A stretch of DNA of 33,710 nt from Candidatus Krumholzibacteriia bacterium (GTDB taxonomy: Bacteria > Krumholzibacteriota > Krumholzibacteriia > JAJRXK01). The translations under genes were made by a program, and so were the position numbers. The notes beneath the pieces are model-generated. The model was not told the DNA's origin. It saw nothing but the letters and a program-made list of their open reading frames with translations, and ran no database searches. Where the stretch lies: contig JBGPIA010000029.1 of NCBI GenBank assembly GCA_041484665.1, positions 1 to 33,710 of the forward strand, read 5' to 3'. Numbering within the stretch: position 1 is the stretch's first letter; each line of letters starts with the position of its first letter. Below, piece by piece: positions 18,405 to 27,900 of this stretch.

Positions 18405-18962
18405 GTGAAGATCTCCAGGGCTTCGGCCGCACTCGGTGCCGTCGTCATCAGCCTGGCCCTTCCGCACCCAACGTTGGCGGGCTTGCGTGAGTCGGCGCGT
18501 CCAGCGGATCCACCGGACAGCGTGGCCGCTTCGGCAGCGATTCCCGTAACCACGCCGGCCGGTGTGCCCGATTCGGTTCGCTCCACGGAATCCCGATTCC
18601 CGCTCACGATGCACCCCGCTCCCCTGCTCCGCGGGGGTATGCGACCCCTGCAGCTCAGCCCGCCAAGCTTGAGCCTCAGGTATTCGTTTCTCTCCCAGCA
18701 GGAGGCTCGAGACATCCAGCCCACCCGGTTTGACACCGGTGTGCTCGGAGCCGACCGCGGTGCCTACGCCGGCATGATGCTGGGATTCGTCGGGACGCAG
18801 TCCGGTCTATGGGGCCAGCGAACCTCATGGTATCTGATGGGCGCGGGGGCTGCCCTGGGCGCACTGTGGGGCAGTACTGCGGGCGTGCACAGCCCCGGAC
18901 TTCGGGTCCACATCGAGCCGCGGCGTCGCGTCGATCTGGATCGATGGGATCGCCGCGAGTAG
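18405..18962 (+). CDS. Hypothetical exported protein with glycine-zipper-like C-terminal segment
   Basis: GGGAGG RBS before GTG at 18405; signal-peptide-like N-terminus; GAGAALGALWG segment. Confidence 0.6.
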   Translation: MKISRASAALGAVVISLALPHPTLAGLRESARPADPPDSVAASAAIPVTTPAGVPDSVRSTESRFPLTMHPAPLLRGGMRPLQLSPPSLSLRYSFLSQQEARDIQPTRFDTGVLGADRGAYAGMMLGFVGTQSGLWGQRTSWYLMGAGAALGALWGSTAGVHSPGLRVHIEPRRRVDLDRWDRRE

Positions 18963-18999
18963 CTCGGACGCAACGATGCGAGCGCGCACATTCTGGGTG

Positions 19000-19842
19000 A
19001 CGATCTGGCAGAACGAATCGGCCCCCCGGTGCCGCCTGACCGCCATGGCGCTCACCCGCGAGCCGCGCCTTGAACTCAGGACTGACGTAGCTGTCCGTGA
19101 ACCAACCACGCTCGAACAGCTCCGGCTTTTCGCTCAACGAGAATGCGACCACCGATGCCAAGTCCCGGATGCCCGAATCCTTGAGCTGTTGGCCCAGGAT
19201 ATCGAGAGCGGGGTTGAACGCCTCGACAAAATACACGTCGGGAGAGGTTGCTTTCGCAGCCGCCATCCTGGATCTGAAATCCTCCGTCGACGCTTCGAAT
19301 CGGTCTTCGTAGACGAATGCGATTCCGGCCGGCGCCGCCACCGCCTTCAACGCCCTCACGTGGTTATCAATGCTCGGATAGTCTTGGGTCAGGCGGGCGA
19401 TTCTCCTGATACGTCTCTTCTTGGCTTCGGTGACCCATCGCGCAGCTTCGTCTTCCGCCAGCGACATCGTGGTGAAGGTGTATAGCTCATCGCCAACGCC
19501 GCTGACCGAGCAGGTGCAGAAAAGGGAAGTTTTGGCAGCGGTGGCATAGGGCTTGACGATCTGCCCCGAAATGGATAGCCCTACGATGAGCGCGTCGACG
19601 TTATCGATCTTGATCAGCTTTTCAATGGCGGGTACTGCCTGGTCTGGACTTTGGATCTCTTCGATGACAAGCTCGTATCGGTGCGTCGTGTTCTTCAGAT
19701 CCTCCTTTGCCAACCGAATCGCCTTGACGAATGAGTTCCCTAGGAGCGCCGCAGCCCCGCTTGTGGCGACGACCGCCCCGACCTTGATCAGCCGGGCGGC
19801 TCGGACTTCCGCCATTTTCGTATCTGCGTCACGCATGGTCAT
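19000..19842 (-). pseudogene. LivJ-like (periplasmic binding type 1) ABC substrate-binding protein, 3' end degraded
   Basis: IKVGAVVATSGAAALLG, AIEKLIKIDNVDALI, EDFRSRMAAAKATSPDVYFV motifs; family-like sequence fades near 19050 and the ORF runs 287 bp into a convergent gene; left boundary approximate. Confidence 0.55.
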
Positions 19843-19946
19843 GGTGCCCTCCCGCGAAGCGGATCACCGGGCGCACATTCTGGTTCTGCGGGGCCGCGTG
19901 AGTCTCCTCAGCTCGCTAGCTGGCCAAGTCCAGGGCTGCCCGGTCG

Positions 19947-20008
19947 GCCCAACGTGTCGCCTCACCTGCAACCGCAAAGCGTCTGGCTGGCGCAGGTGGT
20001 TGTCAGAC
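19947..20008 (-). mobile_element. attC: Integron attC site, degenerate (62 bp)
   Basis: Minus strand GTCTGAC-aacca-cctgcgcc...gcaggtgagg-cgacac-GTTGGGC directly after the stop at 20010. Confidence 0.6.
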
Positions 20009-20009
20009 A

Positions 20010-20468
20010 TCAGCGCACCGCTCCGGAGAAGAGGGACTTCAATAGACTCCAAGTGGTCGCATCTGATGGAATGCGGCAGGATACTGTGGCCACGAGAGTC
20101 GCCTCGAAGAGAACTGCGACGCCGCCTGGCTCACGCGCGGTCGCACGATAAGGATACGTCCCGTCGGGCACGAGACCTCCCAATTCGTCCCGGCCGTCCC
20201 AGGTGACCGAGTGGTAGCCGGTCTGAAGACCTTCGTTCACCAGCGTCCTCAGGGAAGTCGTCTCATCCGAAGTCCAAACGCTGAGGACGACGTCTGCCGC
20301 TCGTGGGATCGCGAATTGGATCGTGATGAATGTGGCGGCGCCCGAGGCAGAACAGAAAGGGTCCGGAACGTTCTGTTGAAGGGCGAAGGCCGTCGGCGTT
20401 TGGCCATGGGCAACTCCCGCGAGCAGCCCGCTGAGTACAGCGGCCGCTGCGAGTCTGAGACTTCTCAT
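20010..20468 (-). CDS. Secreted stand-alone FlgD Ig-like domain protein (gene cassette)
   Basis: GGGAGG RBS before ATG at 20468; signal peptide; FALQQNVPDPF, GYHSVTWDGRDELG..VPDGTYPYR motifs. Confidence 0.8.
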   Translation of the reverse strand: MRSLRLAAAAVLSGLLAGVAHGQTPTAFALQQNVPDPFCSASGAATFITIQFAIPRAADVVLSVWTSDETTSLRTLVNEGLQTGYHSVTWDGRDELGGLVPDGTYPYRATAREPGGVAVLFEATLVATVSCRIPSDATTWSLLKSLFSGAVR

Positions 20469-20494
20469 GGTGCCTCCCAGCAAGCACTTCTGAT

Positions 20495-20594
20495 GTCTAA
20501 CGTCCCGCGTATCACCTGCGGCCGGCGCCGAGTGTACCGGGTGGCGGACCACCACCGTTTCACGCCGGCCGGCAGGGCCACGCGCATGTCAGCC
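20495..20594 (-). mobile_element. attC: Integron attC site, degenerate (100 bp)
   Basis: Minus strand GGCTGAC-atgcg...cctgccggccggcg/cgccggccgcaggtgata-cgcgggac-GTTAGAC. Confidence 0.7.
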
Positions 20595-20606
20595 GGCATG
20601 CTCCGA

Positions 20607-21218
20607 TCACCAAACCCAGGGAACAAGACGATGCGTTCGCGCCATGTACGCCGCGTACTCATCGCGAAACTGCTCCAGCATCATCCTCTCCTCGGCGCGG
20701 ACACGACATGCGAAGAGGATCCCGAATGTGACCAAGTACGATGGACCTGCCACCCAGTTGGGGAGCACGAGCGCTTGGCCGACAGAATAGAGAAACAGCG
20801 CCGTGTACATTGGGTGACGGATGCGGCGATAAACGCCACGCGTCACCAGTCGATGCTGTTCTCGCACTTCAAGCGTGATCGACCAGTTCGTGCCGAGGTC
20901 CACGTGCGACCCGTAGAACAACCAGAGACCCACCACGAAGCACGCGCTGCCAGCGGCGAGCGGGCCGGCTCGCAGTGGATACTCAGCGAACGAGAACGCA
21001 GGTGACGCGATCCAGATCAGCGGGACGAGGAAACCAACCATCACAAGAATCAGCAGGGCGGTCTCCAACCCACCCTTGCGGCTCTTCACGACCTCGATGC
21101 GTCGACTGCGGTGACCATGGGGAGCCCGAATTGCAATCATCACCACGCTGGCTGCGAGGATTACCGCCTTCGCGATCCACGGATTCATCATCGAGGACGA
21201 TTCCTTGTGATCAGCCAT
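20607..21218 (-). CDS. Isoprenylcysteine carboxyl methyltransferase family protein (gene cassette)
   Basis: LGTNWS, HRLVTRGVYRRIRHPMY, EERMMLEQF motifs; multiple TM helices; start may be 21191. Confidence 0.9.
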   Translation of the reverse strand: MADHKESSSMMNPWIAKAVILAASVVMIAIRAPHGHRSRRIEVVKSRKGGLETALLILVMVGFLVPLIWIASPAFSFAEYPLRAGPLAAGSACFVVGLWLFYGSHVDLGTNWSITLEVREQHRLVTRGVYRRIRHPMYTALFLYSVGQALVLPNWVAGPSYLVTFGILFACRVRAEERMMLEQFRDEYAAYMARTHRLVPWVW

Positions 21219-21246
21219 TGCGGAGCGCCGTCGAACGTTGGTGTCC

Positions 21247-21349
21247 GGCTAACGCTCGCGCTCACCTGCGAGGCCGGCCGCCCCCGCAGAACTCAGGATA
21301 CGTCATCTCGACACCGGCCGGCTTCGGGAAGTGCAGCGCGTTGTTGGAC
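21247..21349 (-). mobile_element. attC: Integron attC site (103 bp)
   Basis: Minus strand GTCCAAC-aacgc-gctgcac...gccggccg/cggccggc...gtgagc-gcgagc-GTTAGCC. Confidence 0.8.
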
Positions 21350-21371
21350 CCCCCTCCAGGACCCGCGACCA

Positions 21372-21644
21372 TCAAGGTGCCGGCGCCATCGCAGCAGCTG
21401 CCTCCGCCGAAGTCCGCACGGGAACTATCTCGAAGTCGATCAGATCCTGCCAGTTGACGGTCCATTGCCGAAGGAGCCCCTCGTCTTCCGCTTCCATGAG
21501 CTGGAAGCAGCGTTGGAAGCCGAGATCAACCCAGCTGGAGACGTATTGGACGCCGTCAGGAGCCATCCGGCCACGTTCGCTGAAGCGGCGATACACCTCA
21601 GGCGCTCGCCCTGGTCGGAAATGTTCGATCACCATGTAGAGCAT
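21372..21644 (-). CDS. DUF3303-family small protein (gene cassette)
   Basis: MLYMVIEHF, VYRRF, GRMAPDGV, RCFQLME, WQDLIDFEIVPV motifs. Confidence 0.8.
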   Translation of the reverse strand: MLYMVIEHFRPGRAPEVYRRFSERGRMAPDGVQYVSSWVDLGFQRCFQLMEAEDEGLLRQWTVNWQDLIDFEIVPVRTSAEAAAAMAPAP

Positions 21645-21762
21645 GGCTCGCACCCTTCTCCTGAAGCTGCCGAGACAGCCTCATCCTCCACGCCGGCCAC
21701 GTGACGACGGACTGCCTAGATCGTGAGAGGGCCACCCTCTCTCCCATGCACGCGAGGTCTCG

Positions 21763-21822
21763 GGCCAACGGTTCGGTTCAGCAGCGGCGCGGCGCGGCGG
21801 CCGCGGCAACCGGATGTCAGGC
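21763..21822 (-). mobile_element. attC: Integron attC site, degenerate (60 bp)
   Basis: Minus strand GCCTGAC-atccg-gttgccgc...gctgctgaac-cgaacc-GTTGGCC. Confidence 0.65.
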
Positions 21823-21878
21823 GGCTCGCCCATCGGACAAGAAACAAGCTCTCGCGTGGATCGTCGTTCGATCGAGCC

Positions 21879-22661
21879 CTATTTCTTCACGCCGACCGAC
21901 CTCGCTAGACGAAAGCCAACCGTGTTGAGGCGCACATACGAACCGCGTCCGTTGCGATCCCTGACGCGGACACTGCCCTCACGATTTGACCAACTGCCCC
22001 CGCGGAGAATCCGGGAGTCGAAGTACTTCCCAACGGGATCGCAGGGATAGGGCTTCTTGGATTGCTCACACCACTCCGAGATGTTGCCACTCATATCGAA
22101 TAGCTCCAGCTCGTTGGGCCTCAAGGCTCCGACAGTGTGAGGCCTGCCTTCCGAGTTGGCGTCATGCCAAGCGACATCAGCGGCATTGTCGCTTCCGGCG
22201 TACAGAAAGTTGTTGCTCTTCAGACCACCTCGGGCTGCGAACTCCCATTCCTCTTCAGAGGGAAGGCGATAGCGTTCGCCAGACCTGCCATTCAGCTTCT
22301 GGATGAATTCCTGCGCATCATCCCACGAAACCTGCTCAACTGGGCAGTTGCGACAGCCGGAGAAGTAGCTGGGACGGTGTCCGAGAACCTCCGCCCAAGC
22401 GTCTTGAGTTACCTCAGACTTGCCGATCAAAAAGTCGCCTACGGTCACCTCATGAGGGCACTCGTCTAAACTGCCGGGGGGACCGCCATCATCGACCGCG
22501 TCGTTCCCACCCATGGTGAAACGTCCACCCGATACGTAGACCATTTCGAGACCCGACCTACGGCTGTCCATTCCCATTGGCAATGTGGTGCCGCGAAGAG
22601 GTGCCGAGCTGGCACAGCCGGCCGACAGGAGCGTGACGAGGAACAACGATAAGGTGTTCAT
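21879..22661 (-). CDS. FGE-sulfatase / SUMF1-family lipoprotein (gene cassette)
   Basis: Lipobox LSAGC; GGRFTMG, PVEQVSWDDA, YRLPSEEEWEFAARGG, LFDMSGNISEW, RGGSW, VGFRL; start 22661 or 22670, not 23027. Confidence 0.9.
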   Translation of the reverse strand: MNTLSLFLVTLLSAGCASSAPLRGTTLPMGMDSRRSGLEMVYVSGGRFTMGGNDAVDDGGPPGSLDECPHEVTVGDFLIGKSEVTQDAWAEVLGHRPSYFSGCRNCPVEQVSWDDAQEFIQKLNGRSGERYRLPSEEEWEFAARGGLKSNNFLYAGSDNAADVAWHDANSEGRPHTVGALRPNELELFDMSGNISEWCEQSKKPYPCDPVGKYFDSRILRGGSWSNREGSVRVRDRNGRGSYVRLNTVGFRLARSVGVKK

Positions 22662-22679
22662 GAGACACATGATACAGCA

Positions 22680-22739
22680 ACCTGACGCCTGGCCCCAGCC
22701 GCGCGGCTCCACCGCGTCCACTGCAGCGCCTTGTTGGGG
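22680..22739 (-). mobile_element. attC: Integron attC site, degenerate (60 bp)
   Basis: Minus strand CCCCAAC-aaggc-gctgcag..acgcgg/ccgcgcggctg-gggccaggc-GTCAGGT. Confidence 0.6.
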
Positions 22740-22770
22740 CGAATCGTGACGAGCCGATGGTCGGCGGTCG

Positions 22771-24051
22771 TCAGGGCGGCTGCGCTGGCGCCGACCTGCG
22801 CGCGCAACCGGCGGCGCGCTCGAGGAGCAGCTCGCGGTCGCGGGCGTTGCGCGTGAGCGATGCCGCGCGCTCGAACTCCGCACGGGCCTCGTGAAAGCGG
22901 CCGAGCGTTGCGAGGAGGTCGCCGCGCACGCTCGGCAGGAGGTGGTAGCTCTGGAGCGACGGGTCCGAGGCCAGCGCATCGACGAGCTCGAGACCCGCTG
23001 CTGCACCGAATGCCATCGCGACCGCACGATTCAGATCCACGACGGGGGATAGTGCGAGCTGGGCGAGCGCATCGTAGAGTGCCGCGATGCGCGCCCAGTC
23101 TGTCTCGGCCGCAGTACGGGCTCGCGCGTGACAGGCGGCGATCGCGGCCTGAAGCGCGTACGGGCCAAGCGCGCCGCCGAGCTGCTCGGCACGCTCGAGC
23201 GCGGCGAGACCACGACGGACGAGGACGTGATCCCAGCGCGCGCGGTCTTGATCGAGCAACAGAACGGGCTCTCCCGACGGGCCGACCCGGGCGGCTGAGC
23301 GCGACGCCTGGATCTCCATCAGCGCGACGAGGCCGTAGACCTCCGGCTCCTTCGGAGCGAGCTCGGCCAGGATACGCCCGAGACGCAGCGCCTCCTCGCA
23401 GAGCGCGGGGCGCATCCAGTCGTCACCGGCGGTCGCCGAGTAGCCCTCGTTGAAGACGAGGTAGACAACCTCGAGCACCGACGACAGACGGGCAGCAAGC
23501 TCGGCCCCGCGGGGGACCTCGAAGTGAACGCGCGCCTCGGCGAGGGTCCGCTTGGCCCGGACGATTCGCTGGGCGATGGTCGGCTCCGCGACCAGGAAGG
23601 CACGCGCGATCTCCTCGGTCGTCAGTCCTCCGAGCAAGCGGAGCGTGAGCGCAACGCGCACCTCGGTGGAGAGCACCGGATGACAGGAGATGAACAGGAG
23701 GCGCAGGAGGTCGTCGCCGAGGTCGTCGTCGATCGCGGCGTCGAGATCCGGCACGGCCATCTCGGGCTGGGCCTCGAGCTCGCGACCGAGCACCTTGTGC
23801 TGGCGCTCGAGCCGCTTGCCCCGGCGCAGCACGTCGATCGCACGATTCTTCGCGGCGGCCATGAGCCAGGCGCCCGGGTTGTCCGGGACGCCCGACTGTG
23901 GCCAGCGCTCGAGCGCAGCGACGAGAGCCTCCTGCGCGAGCTCCTCGGCGAGACCGACGTCGCGTACGATCCGCGTGAGACCGGCGATGATCCTGGCGGA
24001 CTCGATCCTCCAGACCGCGTCGATCGCGCGATGCGTATCGGAAGTCGTCAC
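22771..24051 (-). CDS. ECF42-type sigma factor with C-terminal DUF6596/TPR extension
   Basis: AEELAQEALVAALERWP, DDLLRLLFISCHP, YLVFNEGY, GPYALQAAIAACH, DWARIAALY; preceded by YciI gene. Confidence 0.9.
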   Translation of the reverse strand: MTTSDTHRAIDAVWRIESARIIAGLTRIVRDVGLAEELAQEALVAALERWPQSGVPDNPGAWLMAAAKNRAIDVLRRGKRLERQHKVLGRELEAQPEMAVPDLDAAIDDDLGDDLLRLLFISCHPVLSTEVRVALTLRLLGGLTTEEIARAFLVAEPTIAQRIVRAKRTLAEARVHFEVPRGAELAARLSSVLEVVYLVFNEGYSATAGDDWMRPALCEEALRLGRILAELAPKEPEVYGLVALMEIQASRSAARVGPSGEPVLLLDQDRARWDHVLVRRGLAALERAEQLGGALGPYALQAAIAACHARARTAAETDWARIAALYDALAQLALSPVVDLNRAVAMAFGAAAGLELVDALASDPSLQSYHLLPSVRGDLLATLGRFHEARAEFERAASLTRNARDRELLLERAAGCARRSAPAQPP

Positions 24052-24118
24052 GGCGACCGATCAGACCACGTTCAATCCGCCGGTGCAAGCCGAGGGGCGC
24101 TGCCGAGGCGCACCGCGC

Positions 24119-24556
24119 CTACGGCGCCGCGCGCTTCTTGTTCTCGTCAACACGCCCCCCAACCTTGTCGAGCAGCGCGGCCTCGGCGCGTGCGACCTCG
24201 GGACCAAAGTCCGACGCCTCGAACACCTGGCGAATCTCGAGCACGTCGCCGTCCGTGGCGGGGCAGCGCGAGGCCCATTCGATCGCCTCAGCCTTCGACT
24301 TCACCTGCCACAGCCAGTAGCCGCCGATCAGCTCCCTCGCCTCGGTGAAGGGCCCGTCGGTCACGGTGCGCTTGCCTCCCCAGAACCGGATGCGCGCGCC
24401 CTTCGAGGTCGGATGGAGCCCGTCGAGCGCGAGCAGCACGCCAGCCTTCGCCAGGTCCTCGTTGTACTTCATCATCGCGGCGATGACCTTCTCGTCCGGC
24501 ATGACGCCCTTCTCCACGTTTTTGTCGCCTGGGATCATCAGCACCATGAACCGCAT
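24119..24556 (-). CDS. YciI / DGPF-domain protein
   Basis: VTDGPFTEARELIGGYW, EAIEWASRCP, EIRQVFE; AAGGAG RBS. Confidence 0.92.
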   Translation of the reverse strand: MRFMVLMIPGDKNVEKGVMPDEKVIAAMMKYNEDLAKAGVLLALDGLHPTSKGARIRFWGGKRTVTDGPFTEARELIGGYWLWQVKSKAEAIEWASRCPATDGDVLEIRQVFEASDFGPEVARAEAALLDKVGGRVDENKKRAAP

Positions 24557-24639
24557 CGTCGTGTCTCCTTCGGGTTTCGGGTTGCGAGCTGGGCTGCTGG
24601 CCGGTGTCGACCGTGCGTGAACCCTCGCTCTACTGTGGC

Positions 24640-24666
24640 GACGAACGAGGGTCCGGGAAATCGACA
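24640..24666 (-). promoter_or_regulatory. ECF42-type autoregulatory promoter
   Basis: Minus strand TGTCGA-N17-CGTC, 84 bp upstream of the YciI start; matches the ECF42 consensus (-35 TGTCGA, -10 CGWC). Confidence 0.75.
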
Positions 24667-24988
24667 GGGCGGGCGAACTTTCTGGGCGGGCCTCTTTTTT
24701 CTGGCAGCGCTGCTACGGGCTCGAATTGCCGAGCACCTGTCGAGTCGCCGGAGGGGTGAGGCCCGCTGGGCCAGAGGCGCCCCTGTGTCCGCCCCTGCCG
24801 CCACCACCCCGGGCGGGCGGTCCGGCGCAGGTGGCGGCAGCCCGCCACCAGGGCCGTCGTGTCCCCCCGCACCCGGGTTCCGCAACCGGGCTTGCCGCAA
24901 CTCCCTGCCCCGCCAACTCCGTCTTCTCTCCAGGCGCGACAGGCGCGACGACCCGACTCCCTATAGCTGCGCCCAGGAGGGTGGGACA

Positions 24989-27900
24989 ATGCCCGCGATC
25001 CGAATCCGACGCGCCATCTTCCTCACCGGTAGGCTGTCTATCGCCTGCCTGCCGCCCCTGCTCTGGCCCACTCTGGCCGGCGCGCTGTCCAACCGCGCCC
25101 TCGTGTCGCCCAAGGGCGCCGTCGCCAACGACGAGCTGGGCACCGCGGTGGCGTCGGCGGGCGACGTGAACGGCGACGGCTACGACGACGTGATCGCGGG
25201 AGCTCCGAAGAACGACTCCGGGGGGCAGGACGCGGGGCGGGCGTACATCCTCCTCGGCGGGCCGGTCGGCGTCTCCGGCTCTCTCCAACTTCCCCTTGTC
25301 GACGATGTCCCCGATTTCACCTTCACCGGCGAGGTGGCCTTCGACCAATTCGGCGGCTCGGTCGCCTCGGCTGGCGACGTGAACGGCGACGGCTACGAAG
25401 ACGTGATCGTCGGCGCCAGCATGAACGACGCCGGGGGCGTGGCGACAGACAATCGCGGGCGTGCCTATGTGTTCTTCATGGGCCCCGGCGCCGACACCAC
25501 AGCGGACCTGATCCTGACCGGCCAGGCAAGCGACGACCGCTTCGGCACGGTGGTGGCGGGGGCGGGCGACTTGAATGGAGACGGCTACGACGACGTCATC
25601 GTCGGCGCACCCAACAACGACGCCGGCGGCGCCCCCGCCGACAACCGCGGGCGCGCCTACGTGTTCCTCGGGGGCCCGGGGCCCGATGCCGCGGCCGACC
25701 TGACGCTCACCGGACTTGCCGCCGGGGACAACTTCGGCGTCGCCGCAGCCAGCGCAGGGGACGTGAACGGCGACGGCTACGACGACGTGGTCGTGGGCGC
25801 CGAGATGAACGACGCCGCCGCGGGCAACGCTGGCGCGGCCTATCTGTTCTACGGGGGACCCAGCGGCGCCGGCTTCAACGCCGTCGCGGACCTCACATTG
25901 ACGGGCACGGCGATCGACGACCACTTCGGGCACACAGTGGCCGGAGCCGGCGACGTGAACGGCGACGGCTACGACGACCTGGTGATCGGAGCTCCCGACA
26001 ACGACACCGGATTCGCAGGCGCGGGGCAGGCCTACCTCTACCTGGGCGGAGCCAACGCCGACGCTTCGGCAGACCTCACCTTCACCGGCGCGTTCACCAA
26101 CGACGGCCTGGGCGTGTCCGTCGCCTCGGCTGGCGACGTCAACGGCGACGGCTTCGCCGATGTGATCCTCGGCATCTGGGGCGGCGACCCCAACGGAGGC
26201 AATTCCGGGGAGGTGGCCGTGATGCTGGGCGGTACGACGGCCAATGCGGTCGTCGATCTGACGCTGGGCGGCGCGACCGCCGCCGACCTGTACGGCTTCG
26301 CCGTCGCCTCGGCTGGTGACTTCGACGGCGACGGGTACGACGACGTGATCGCGGGCGCCTACGGCAACGACGCCGGCGGGAGCAACGCTGGCCGCGCCTA
26401 CGTAACCGGGGTATTCCCCTATCGCGTGTTGTCTCCCGATGGGGGGGAGACCTGGGTCGCGGGCCGGCCCGCCTCGGTGCGCTGGCTGGGCCACGACGTG
26501 GCCGACGTGGCGCTCTCCACCGACGGCGGGGCGACCTGGAGCACACTCCTGGCGGGAGTCGGCGGACTGGACGCGAATCAGCACTCGATCACCGCTCCCG
26601 GTGTGCCCACCGACGCGGCGAAGTTGCGCATCAGCATGAGCGGGCAGGCCGTCAAGCACTCGACTTCCGACAGCAGCGACCGGCCCTTCCGCATCGTGCG
26701 GCCAGCGGACCCGCCGCCGGCGGCGGCCCGCCTGCAGGTGGCGCCCGCAGGTGCCGTGGCCGGCGACAACCTGGGCTGGTCGGTCGCGAGCGCCGGCGAC
26801 ATCAACGGTGACGGTTTCGCCGATGTGGCCACCGGCGCGATCAACGGCGACGCCGGCGTCGTCGACGGCGGCGAGGTACGCGTCTACTTCGGAGGTCCTG
26901 CCGCCGACGCGATGGCCGACCTGATCCTGGCCGGGACGCAGGCCGGAGAGCTGTTCGGGAATGCCATCGCGGCCGCGGGGGACGTCAACGGCGACGGTTA
27001 CGGCGACCTGATCGTCGGCGCTCGCGGATACGACGCCGGTTCAGCCGACATCGGGCGCGCCTACGTGTTCCTCGGCGGTGCCGTGCCCAATGCGGTCGCC
27101 GATCTCGTCCTCACCGGTGCGGGCGCGGGTGACTGGTTCGGGAGCGCGGTCGCCGGCGTGGGGGACGTGAATCGCGACGGTTACGATGATTTCCTCGTCG
27201 GCGCGGACCAGACCGGGGCCGCTGCCGGCGCGGGACGCGCCTACCTCTACTTCGGTGGACCGGCGCTTCCTGCGACCGCTGCGCTCACGTTGACCGGCGG
27301 GGCGCCGGGGGATCGCTTCGGGCGGACGGTGGCGGGCCTGGGCGACATCGATGGCGATGGCTTCGACGATGTGCTGGTCGGCGCTCCGTACCGCGACACT
27401 GGAAGCAACGATGCCGGCGCTGTCTACGTCTACCTTGGCGGTGCGACGCCCAACGCGGTTGCCGACCTGATCCTCACCGGAGACGCACCGGCGGCCCGCC
27501 TGGGCTTCGCCGCGGCCGCGGCCGGCGACGTCGACGGCGACGGTTTCCCCGACCTGATCGCGGGAGCACCCGGCGACTTCTTCACCCCGCAGATCGGGCG
27601 GGCGCTCGTATTCCAAGGCGGTCCGGCGATGGATGCCGTGCCGGACCGGGTGCTGGTGGGCGTAGCCGCCGGGGATCTGTTCGGCAATGCGGTCGCCTCC
27701 GCGGGGGACGTAAACGGCGACGGCTTCGCCGACCTGGTCGTCGGCGCCTACAAGAACGGGTCGGGCGCATCCGAGGGTGGCCAGGCCTACCTGTATCACG
27801 GTGGTCCCGGAGCCGACGCGCTGGCCGACCACGTCTTCACCGGCACCGGTGCCGGCGAGTCGCTGGGCTGGGCTGTGGCCGGCGCGGGCGACGTGAACGC

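Noticed and set aside
18676..18999. C-terminal part of the 388-aa substrate-binding ORF
   Set aside because: Low-complexity run-on overlapping a convergent gene; not family-like
22662..23027. N-terminal extension of the 382-aa FGE ORF
   Set aside because: Crosses an attC and overlaps the ECF42 gene; the lipoprotein signal begins at 22661
23690..24988. N-terminal extension of the 1731-aa ORF
   Set aside because: Antisense to the ECF42 and YciI genes; RBS and signal peptide place the start at 24989
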